In this document: piece after piece, positions 57,102-64,000 of the stretch
How positions within the stretch are numbered: position 1 is the first letter of the stretch
Layout of the letters: each line of letters starts with the position of its first letter
Assembly: GCA_965202805.1 (NCBI GenBank)
Contig: OZ241869.1
Span: 2,560,001-2,624,000 of the forward strand
Length of the DNA stretch: 64,000 nt
Direction: 5' to 3'
Origin: Longimicrobiales bacterium
Lineage (GTDB): Bacteria; Gemmatimonadota; Gemmatimonadetes; Longimicrobiales; Gaopeijiaceae
Made by a program: the position numbers and the translations under genes
The notes under the pieces: model-generated
What the model saw: the letters and a program-made list of their open reading frames with translations, nothing else
What the model was told of the DNA's origin: nothing
Databases searched by the model: none

Positions 57102-57191
57102 GTGCAGACACGCCTGATGCAAGGCTCGGTCGGGTCGGGCCACGCGGACTTCGTGACGGAACCGCTCCACATCCATGTGCACGAGCACTGA
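57102..57191 (+). other. His-rich small ORF (29 aa) or gene remnant
   Basis: GGGAG RBS + GTG; (M)QTRLMQGSVGSGHADFVTEPLHIHVHEH. Confidence 0.4.
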
Positions 57192-57269
57192 CGACGGCTG
57201 GCTGGGCTCAGCCGGTCCAGGCGGGACGACTCACCACTTACTGACCGCAAGTACTGACTGTAAGAGGAC

Positions 57270-57347
57270 ATGAGCGAAGACACACGGGACTGGAGAGCTC
57301 TCAGCAACTACCTCGGCGGACACGAAACGGTTCGGGTAAGCCGATGA
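57270..57347 (+). other. Small ORF (25 aa) translationally coupled to the oxidoreductase
   Basis: GAGGA immediately upstream; MSEDTRDWRALSNYLGGHETVRVSR; ATGA overlap at 57344-57347. Confidence 0.45.
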
Positions 57348-58471
57348 CGAGGGGAACCCGGACACTCGACGTTGTCATCGTCGGCGCCGGGGCTGCGGGT
57401 CTCGGCTTTGGTGTGACGCTACGCCACCTGGGAATCGACAACTTTGCGATCCTCGACCGCGCCGCCGTCGGTGCCTCGTTCCTGCGTTGGCCCCGGCAAA
57501 CGCGCTTCATCACGCCATCGTTCACCAGCAACCAGTTCGGCCTGCTGGACCTGAACGCCGTCTGTCTGGAGACCTCGCCGGCTTTCTCGATCGGCACCGA
57601 GCACCCCACGGGGGTGGAGTACGCCTCTTATCTGCAGGGGGTGGCGGAGCATTTCGAATTGCCCGTAGCGACCGGGACCGACGTTCTCTCGATCACGAGG
57701 AAGGCGCGGCGCAAGCCGTTTCGGGTAGAGACGAGTCGCGGCGACGTCCACGCGCGGTTCGTGGTATGGGCGGGCGGCGAAATGCAGTATCCGCGGACCC
57801 ACGGCTTCCAGGGCGCCGAGCATTGCCTGCACTACTCCAACGTGGCCTCATGGGACGATCTCGCCAACGGCGAACGATACATCATCGGCGGCGCCGAGAG
57901 CGGCGTCGACGCCGCCGTCGGGCTGGCCGCCGCCGGTCGGCGAGCCGTCGTCTTCGACCGCGAGGAGCCGTGGAACCGAAGAGGCTCGGACCCCAGCCAA
58001 CTCCTGTCACCCTTTACGCGGGCGCGCCTGGACTCGGCCGTTGACTCGGGTCGGGTGACGCTGCGCGGCAGCTGTGTCGTCACCGGCGTTCGCCGCAACC
58101 ACGGCGGCTATCAGTTGGCGCTCGAGGACGGCGACGTCATCGACTGCGCCGAGAAGCCGATCCTGGCCACCGGATTCGTCGGTTCGGCAAGCCACATTCG
58201 CTCGTTGTTCGATTGGCGAGATGAATACTCTCCGTGGCTGACGGAAAACGACGAGTCCACCGTGACGAAGGGGCTCTTCCTGGTCGGTCCGCAGGTGCGC
58301 CAGGACGATATCATCTTCTGTTTCATCTACAAGTTCCGCCAACGCTTCGCCGTGGTAGCCAACCAGATCGCCCGGCGCCTGCGCGTGAGCACGGAACCAC
58401 TGGAGTGGTACCGCCGCCACGGAATGTACCTCGACGATCTGTCGTGCTGCGAAGATGCCTGCGCTTGTTGA
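57344..58471 (+). CDS. NAD(P)/FAD-dependent oxidoreductase with Cys-rich C-terminus
   Basis: VIVGAGAAG, IIGGAESGVD, ILATGF, FCFIYKFRQRF, tail LDDLSCCEDACAC. Confidence 0.9.
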   Translation: MTRGTRTLDVVIVGAGAAGLGFGVTLRHLGIDNFAILDRAAVGASFLRWPRQTRFITPSFTSNQFGLLDLNAVCLETSPAFSIGTEHPTGVEYASYLQGVAEHFELPVATGTDVLSITRKARRKPFRVETSRGDVHARFVVWAGGEMQYPRTHGFQGAEHCLHYSNVASWDDLANGERYIIGGAESGVDAAVGLAAAGRRAVVFDREEPWNRRGSDPSQLLSPFTRARLDSAVDSGRVTLRGSCVVTGVRRNHGGYQLALEDGDVIDCAEKPILATGFVGSASHIRSLFDWRDEYSPWLTENDESTVTKGLFLVGPQVRQDDIIFCFIYKFRQRFAVVANQIARRLRVSTEPLEWYRRHGMYLDDLSCCEDACAC

Positions 58472-59620
58472 ATGGGCCGTGAAACACTCCGAACGCCCAC
58501 TCGCGATCTGACCGTCCGTCCGCGCCCTCTTTTCCTGGAGCGCTCCGCCCTTGGGCCTTTCTGGGCGCTGCTGCTGTTGTTGGCGCCCGTCTGGGTCGCG
58601 GTTGACACCGCCAACCGTATCGCGGATCGAGTCGACCCCTGGGTCCGCGCCCGGACCGAGCCGCTGACCGGGTTGCTGACGAGCTGGCCGCAGCCGTTTG
58701 CGGAGATCCTGGCTGGCGACTACGGCTTTGTCACGATGGGGCCGCTGCTGCTGGTGTGGGCGACTCCGGTGGTCGTGCTCCATGCGCTGCTGATGGGTGC
58801 GTACAAGTCGAGCGGCCTGCTCGACCGCCTGACAACCGCCATGAATCCGTGGCTGCGGCCGTTCGGCATGACCGGCCGGGAGCTGGCGCCGGTCGTCATG
58901 GGTTTCGGCTGCAACGTGCCCGCCGTCATCAGCGCGCGCTCGTCGCCGGCCTGCTCGCGTGGCGCATGCGTTTCGGCCATTGCCTTCGGTTCGGCCTGTT
59001 CGTATCAGCTGGGAGCCACGCTGGCGATCTTCGCCGTGGCGGGACGAACCGAGTTGGTCCTGGCCTACCTGCTGTACCTTGGCGCGACGACTGTCGCCTA
59101 CGCCCGCCTCACCGCGCCGAAAGCGGCTCGTTCTTCCTTCAATGTGCTGTCGACGGAGGGCCGGGTCTTCCTGACCTGGCCGCGCCCGAGAGCCGTCTGG
59201 CGGGAGACGCAGGGCGTGATTCCGGAGTTCTTTCGCAGGGCCGTGCCGATCTTCTTTCTCATCACGGCCGTGGCGTCTCTGCTGCATTGGCTGGGCGCGC
59301 TGCAAGCCGCGTCGACCGTCGTCGAGCCGGCGATGGCCATCTTTCGATTGCCCGCGGAGGCGGCCACGGCGGTGGTCATGGCGAGCGTGCGCAAGGACGG
59401 CATCCTGTTGCTGGCGGAGCCGGGAGTCGCCGCAAGCCTCAGCGCCGTCCAACTGTTGACGGCCGTCTACCTGGCCGGCGTGCTGCTGCCTTGCCTGGTC
59501 ACCTGCTTGACGGTTGCGCGCGAGCAGGGCGGCGCGTTCGCGCTGCGGCTGGTGGGTCGGCAGGCTGTGGCGGCCGCCGCGTTCAGCGCCTTGCTGGCCT
59601 GGGGCGGCGCATGGCTGTGA
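58472..59620 (+). CDS. FeoB-like membrane (Gate) domain protein without GTPase domain
   Basis: FeoB-type MGFGCNVPAV and YLAGVLLPC motifs; multiple TMs; no Walker A motif. Confidence 0.82.
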   Translation: MGRETLRTPTRDLTVRPRPLFLERSALGPFWALLLLLAPVWVAVDTANRIADRVDPWVRARTEPLTGLLTSWPQPFAEILAGDYGFVTMGPLLLVWATPVVVLHALLMGAYKSSGLLDRLTTAMNPWLRPFGMTGRELAPVVMGFGCNVPAVISARSSPACSRGACVSAIAFGSACSYQLGATLAIFAVAGRTELVLAYLLYLGATTVAYARLTAPKAARSSFNVLSTEGRVFLTWPRPRAVWRETQGVIPEFFRRAVPIFFLITAVASLLHWLGALQAASTVVEPAMAIFRLPAEAATAVVMASVRKDGILLLAEPGVAASLSAVQLLTAVYLAGVLLPCLVTCLTVAREQGGAFALRLVGRQAVAAAAFSALLAWGGAWL

Positions 59621-60213
59621 AACCGGTCTCCGGCCCGCGCCGGCGCAAGGGGCAGGAACTGCTACACCAGCAGTGCTGGAACTGGGGCCGAGACATCGTG
59701 GGTCCGGAAGGCAACCTCCTGCTCGAAGCGGGCTTCCTCAAACGACGGCCGCCCGAGGGAGAAGCAGGATCGAGTTGCTACACGCTGGCGCTATCCAACG
59801 GCGACAGCCTCATGTTGTGGGGTTTCGGGCTCCTGTACGGAACGCCGCAGAAAGGTGGCGTCTACCTCAACCGCTACGCGTTTCGACCCGACTGGCTCCC
59901 GTCCGAGACGATGCAGGGGCCGATGTGGAAGCCCGACATGATCCCGGCTGGACAGGCGCCTCCGTCGCTCCGTATACCGGTTGACCTGACCGTCGCCGCC
60001 ATTCGGCGCGTCGCGGACTACGAGGAGTGGGTTCTCGCACGTTGCGGTCTGGAGTATCGCCGGGCCGTCCTGCGCCAATGGAAACAGCCTTCCGGGCGAC
60101 TGCCGCCGCAGACGCTTCCCCACGCCTGGCGCGCTCTCGCCGACGCAATCGACGGCCACCCGCATCCTGAGCCCGTGGACAAATCGGGTCTGGCGACCTG
60201 CGCCTTCCCGTAG
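59611..60213 (+). CDS. Hypothetical protein (start ATG 59611 or GTG 59617)
   Basis: Overlaps the stop of the FeoB-like gene; natural-looking QQCWNWGRDI...EGNLLLEAGF...LWGFGLLYG...YEEWV. Confidence 0.72.
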   Translation: MAVKPVSGPRRRKGQELLHQQCWNWGRDIVGPEGNLLLEAGFLKRRPPEGEAGSSCYTLALSNGDSLMLWGFGLLYGTPQKGGVYLNRYAFRPDWLPSETMQGPMWKPDMIPAGQAPPSLRIPVDLTVAAIRRVADYEEWVLARCGLEYRRAVLRQWKQPSGRLPPQTLPHAWRALADAIDGHPHPEPVDKSGLATCAFP

Positions 60214-60259
60214 TCCCTTATGGAGGCGTGTCCGGGTGATCCTTGGCGCGGAGCCGCCG

Positions 60260-60700
60260 CTACTCCACGTATCCGTACACGTGGTAGAGCATGGCGTAGA
60301 CCAGCAGCCCGGTCACCGACACATAGAGCCAGACGGGGAAGGTCCAGCGGGCGAGCCGGGCGTGCTCCGTGAAGCGCTCGCGGCCGGCAAGGAAGAGCAG
60401 GCGGATGATGAGGGGGACCACCACCACCGCGAGCACCATGTGTGAGAACAGGATGGCCAGGTAAACCACCCGGGCGGTTCCCTCTCCGGCGAAGGTGTGC
60501 GTACCGGTGAGGGAGAAGCGGATGACGTAGAAGACGAGGAAGAGGCCGGACGCGCTCGCCGCCGAGATCATGCACAGGCGATGGCGGGGGATGTTGCGCG
60601 CCCGGATGAAGGCGAATCCGGCCACCAGGAAGCTGGTGCTGAGGAGGTTCAGCGAGGCGTTGACCGGAGCCAGGAAGTTGCCGAGCGCCTCCGCGTCCAT
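60260..60700 (-). CDS. DUF420 family membrane protein
   Basis: NASLN, HRLCM, FLVFY, ILFSHMVLA, HARLARWTFPVWLYVSVTG. Confidence 0.92.
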   Translation of the reverse strand: MDAEALGNFLAPVNASLNLLSTSFLVAGFAFIRARNIPRHRLCMISAASASGLFLVFYVIRFSLTGTHTFAGEGTARVVYLAILFSHMVLAVVVVPLIIRLLFLAGRERFTEHARLARWTFPVWLYVSVTGLLVYAMLYHVYGYVE

Positions 60701-60721
60701 GGAATCCGCCGGCGGCCGGGC

Positions 60722-61714
60722 TTACAGGGCGGGATGCGGATCAGGTTCCTGACCGGCCCGCGCCCTTGTCGAGTCGCGCACATCCGCAGGGCTCCCCGCC
60801 GCGCCGGCCGCGAGCCGCAACTCGGGTTCATACCCGTAGGTCGCGAGCGCCACGGTCAGCGAGAGGAGCAGCGCCGCCAGCAGCGTGTGCAGCGAAACCG
60901 GCGCAACCGCCAGCCCGCTGCTCACCGAGAGGAAGCCCACGGTGACCTGGGCCAGCACGGTGACCAGCGCGCCCACCGCGAGGGCCGGGAGCGGGGCGGC
61001 GGCCTTCCGGCGCAGCACGAAGACGGCCAGCGCGAGGGTCGCCAGCGCCACCAGAATGCCCAGCAGGCGGTGGCCGAAGTGCAGAATCACCAGCGGGTGC
61101 TCGAGGGGAGGCACCACCCGGCCCAGGCAGAGCGGCACGTCCGGGCAGGCCATCCCGGCGTCGGTGTGGCGCACGACCGCGCCCAGCACCGACTGCGCCA
61201 GCACGAGCGCGGCCACCCCTCCCGCCATCCTCCCCAGCGTCGCGCGCGCGGCACCCGCCAGGCGCGCGCCCCGGCCCCATCCCCGCGCCGTTACGACCGT
61301 CATGACCGTGGCCAGCCCCAGGAACAGGAAGGCCAGCGCGAGATGGGAGGACGAGATGGCGTCCGGCAGGCGCATCAGCACGGTGAGCCCGCCCAGCACC
61401 GACTGGACGATCAGCAGCGCGATTCCGGCCAGCCCCGCCCGGTGCAGCCAACGGCGTCCCGGCTGCCGGCGCCAGGCCAGCCAGGCGGCCGCGGCAAAAA
61501 GGAGCACGAGCCCGCCCGCCACCAGCCGGTGCAGATGCTCCCAGAAGACGCCACCGGTCATCTCGGGCATCATGGTGCCGAAGCAGGTCGGCCAGTCCGG
61601 ACAGGCGAGGCTCGATTCGGTCGCGTGCACGATGCTGCCCAGCAGGAGAAGCCCCAGGGTCCATCCCAGGACGACGGCCAGCGCAACGTGGTGAAGACGA
61701 GAGCTCATCGGCAC
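60722..61714 (-). CDS. ctaA: Heme A synthase (COX15/CtaA family)
   Basis: ACPDWPTCFG, EHLHRL, SSHL, ACPDVPLC, HFGHRL, SLHT. Confidence 0.88.
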   Translation of the reverse strand: MPMSSRLHHVALAVVLGWTLGLLLLGSIVHATESSLACPDWPTCFGTMMPEMTGGVFWEHLHRLVAGGLVLLFAAAAWLAWRRQPGRRWLHRAGLAGIALLIVQSVLGGLTVLMRLPDAISSSHLALAFLFLGLATVMTVVTARGWGRGARLAGAARATLGRMAGGVAALVLAQSVLGAVVRHTDAGMACPDVPLCLGRVVPPLEHPLVILHFGHRLLGILVALATLALAVFVLRRKAAAPLPALAVGALVTVLAQVTVGFLSVSSGLAVAPVSLHTLLAALLLSLTVALATYGYEPELRLAAGAAGSPADVRDSTRARAGQEPDPHPAL

Positions 61715-61720
61715 CCTGCG

Positions 61721-63670
61721 CTAACGCGCCGCCACCGCGGCCTCCCAGGCCAGCTTCGCGGTCGAACCGGCGGAGGCGGCGGCCTCGGCCTCTTCCATCG
61801 CCTCCAGGTCGGCCATCGTGACCACGCCCTCCTCCAACCACCCGTAGGTCCCATCCATGGTCCTGGCGGCCACCTTGTAGGTAGCGACGTCGTCGTTGGA
61901 GAACAGAGCGGCGAAGTGCGCCCGGACGCGCCGCCGCGCCTGCCTGCAGAAGAGGTCCGCAAGATCCTCCGGGGAGTAATCTCCGGGGTTCTTGGCGGTC
62001 AGCAGGTCGACCCGCACGGTGACCGCGGTCATCGCGAAGAGTTCGGATCCGATGTCGACGATCCGGCCCAGCACTGCCTGGCGCTTCTCGAGCCCGGGCC
62101 CGAATCGGAGCATGCAGTGGAACAGAGCACGCGCAAGCTTGCGCGAACTCCGCTCGATGAAGCCAACGTGCCCCGCCAGGCGTCCGAATTCCGAGAATCT
62201 GGGCCAGCGGCTCCAGCCTGCCCAGCGCGTGGGATACCACCAGGCATAGTGCCATGCGGCGCGCCCCAGCGCGGCCATCCGCTCCCGGAACGGCGCCTGC
62301 GGATTCACCAGGGCCCCGGCCAGCTTCAGGTGCTGATCCACCGCCTCGCGGGCGATGAACAGGCGCATGATTTCGCTCGAACCCTCGAAGATGCGATTGA
62401 TGCGCAGGTCGCGGAGCAGACGTTCCACGGGAGCAGGCATCTCCTCGCCGCGGGCACGCAGGGAATCGGCGGTCTCGTACCCGCGGCCACTCCGCATCTG
62501 GACCGCGTCGTCGGCCAGGGCCCAGGCAGTCTCGCTGTTCCAGAGCTTGGCCATGGCGGCTTCGATGCGGATGTCGAAGGTCTTCGCGTCGGCCATCACC
62601 GAGGACAGTTCCATGACCGCTTCCATGGCGAAGGCGTTCGCGGCCATCCGGCCCAGCATTTGCGCGACGGCGTCGTGCCTGCCCACCGGGGCGCCCCACT
62701 GGACCCGGTCGCGGCACCAGCGGCGGCACATGTGCAGGGCCGACTTGCCAGCCGCCGCGCACAGGGCCGGGAGCGACAGCCGGCCCGTGTTCAGCGTGAT
62801 GAGCGCGAGCTTGAGACCGAGCCCCTCGCCCCAGAGCAGGTTCTCGCGCGGCACCCGCACGTTGGTGAAGCGCAGGACGCCGTTCGATAGTCCCCTCAGC
62901 CCCATGAAGCGGCTGGTGTGCACCACCTCCACCCCGGGCCAGGCCCTGTCCACGATGAAGGCGGAGATGGGCCGCTTTCCCTTGACGCCCGCGCGCGCCG
63001 GCGTGCACGCCATGACCACCAGGAGCTCCGCGCGCGGTCCGTTCGTACACCAGAGCTTCTCTCCGTTCAGGAGATAGGCGCTGCCGTCCGCCGTCGGCGT
63101 GGCGGTGGTCGACATGTTGGCGGGATCGGAGCCGGCCTCGGGTTCCGTCAACGCGAAGGCGGAGAGCGCCCCGGCGGCCAGCCGGGGGAGGTATGCCCGT
63201 TTCTGCGCCTCGGTGCCGAAGTAGGAGAGAGGCTGGGGCACGCCGATGGACTGGTGCGCGGAGAGGAACGCGGCAGTGGAGATGCAGCGGCTGGCCACGA
63301 TCTCCAGCGCGCGGTTGTACGTGATCTGCGAGAGTCCGAGGCCGCCGTATTCCCGCGGGATCTTGATGCCGAAGGCGCCCAGGGCGCGCAGGCCGTCGAG
63401 CACTTCCTCGGGGACCCAGGCTTCGCGGTCGACGGCGTCCCCGTCGATGTGGTCGCGCGCGAACGCCTCGAGCTCCCTGAGGAAATGACTCGCCCGAAAC
63501 TGCTCCCCGGGGTCCGGCAGCGGATGGGGATGGACCCAGTCCAGATGGAACCGGCCCGAGAACATCGACTTGACGAAACTCCGCTGCTTCCAGCGCTTTT
63601 CCCGCGCGCTCTCCGCTACCTCGCGCGCTTCGCGCTCACTTGCATGGCCCCGGGCCGAGTCTGGCGTCAT
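61721..63670 (-). CDS. Long-form acyl-CoA dehydrogenase (VLCAD/ACAD9-like)
   Basis: AHQSIG, FALTEPEAGSD, GEKLWCTNG, RIFEGSSEI, C-terminal extension. Confidence 0.92.
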   Translation of the reverse strand: MTPDSARGHASEREAREVAESAREKRWKQRSFVKSMFSGRFHLDWVHPHPLPDPGEQFRASHFLRELEAFARDHIDGDAVDREAWVPEEVLDGLRALGAFGIKIPREYGGLGLSQITYNRALEIVASRCISTAAFLSAHQSIGVPQPLSYFGTEAQKRAYLPRLAAGALSAFALTEPEAGSDPANMSTTATPTADGSAYLLNGEKLWCTNGPRAELLVVMACTPARAGVKGKRPISAFIVDRAWPGVEVVHTSRFMGLRGLSNGVLRFTNVRVPRENLLWGEGLGLKLALITLNTGRLSLPALCAAAGKSALHMCRRWCRDRVQWGAPVGRHDAVAQMLGRMAANAFAMEAVMELSSVMADAKTFDIRIEAAMAKLWNSETAWALADDAVQMRSGRGYETADSLRARGEEMPAPVERLLRDLRINRIFEGSSEIMRLFIAREAVDQHLKLAGALVNPQAPFRERMAALGRAAWHYAWWYPTRWAGWSRWPRFSEFGRLAGHVGFIERSSRKLARALFHCMLRFGPGLEKRQAVLGRIVDIGSELFAMTAVTVRVDLLTAKNPGDYSPEDLADLFCRQARRRVRAHFAALFSNDDVATYKVAARTMDGTYGWLEEGVVTMADLEAMEEAEAAASAGSTAKLAWEAAVAAR

Positions 63671-63737
63671 GTGCGGCTCCGGTGAATCGACGCCTTCAAT
63701 TCGCTGGTATGCCTGCGCGATTTCCGTGCCACGGCGG

Positions 63738-64000
63738 CTACCCCGTGCTGCCGAGCAGCGAGCGGCCGATCGAGGCGACGCCCGCCCAGATCAGCGCCAG
63801 CGCGATCAGCGCAGACACTGCGTGGGGGGCGTACGTGCGCTGATCCGCGGGACGGCGCCGCATGACCGAGACCGGAAGCTGCGCGACCGTGGCGGCGATC
63901 ACCATGGTCAGGATGTGCCCCATGAGGGCGGGGTAGAAGCCGCTCGTGAAGATGACCGCCACCCCGAGCAGGATCTGCAGATGAAGCGTTCCCGCGAAGA
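63738..64000 (-). CDS. Membrane protein, 5' end outside window
   Basis: Frame open from the window edge: ...FAGTLHLQILLGVAVIF...GHILTMVIAA...; three TMs visible. Confidence 0.65.
   Translation of the reverse strand, partial: FAGTLHLQILLGVAVIFTSGFYPALMGHILTMVIAATVAQLPVSVMRRRPADQRTYAPHAVSALIALALIWAGVASIGRSLLGSTG

Noticed and set aside
56846..60259. Defined mobile element around the metal operon
   Set aside because: No integrase, transposase, tRNA or flanking direct repeats seen; only a qualitative composition shift

Overview
High-GC bacterial chromosomal window. It is probably Gemmatimonadota, inferred from the gene repertoire only. It holds about 57 CDS. No tRNA, rRNA, CRISPR array, integrase or transposase was recognised. 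Gene order: trmJ-like (partial), tatA, acyl-CoA dehydrogenase, gcvH-gcvP-MBL hydrolase-lipoate ligase, a stand-alone exbB/tolQ, soluble lytic transglycosylase, polA, a tail-less ssb, an RpoD-like sigma factor, the imuA-imuB-dnaE2 mutasome, a PadR operon with a miniature ExbB paralog, two DUF5916 outer-membrane proteins, an NHL propeller, a small protein plus Tat-exported amidase, an AhpD-like enzyme, an Omp85-like protein, pckA, EVE, an HD hydrolase, a second RpoD-like sigma, rsgA, hydantoinase A, trpE, an M20 dipeptidase, ECF sigma-pspA, E1-alpha, a kinase-like protein lacking the H-box His, a metal-starvation locus, DUF420, ctaA and a second acyl-CoA dehydrogenase. Main observations: (1) The AhpD-like gene at 33632-34216 (-) has an in-frame TGA exactly at the second Cys of its CxxC motif (C-F-Y-U), followed by a SECIS-like hairpin. 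It is probably a selenoprotein that the ORF track splits in two. (2) A Fur/Zur-box-controlled operon encodes two sORFs, a flavoprotein with a Cys-rich tail, a FeoB-like permease without a GTPase domain and an unknown protein. It lies beside divergent DUF3299/DUF2796 genes. (3) A PadR-controlled mini-ExbB is nearly identical to the window's full ExbB across the pore hairpin. (4) imuA appears leaderless and has a candidate novel SOS operator. All family assignments come from recognising motifs by eye, not from database searches.
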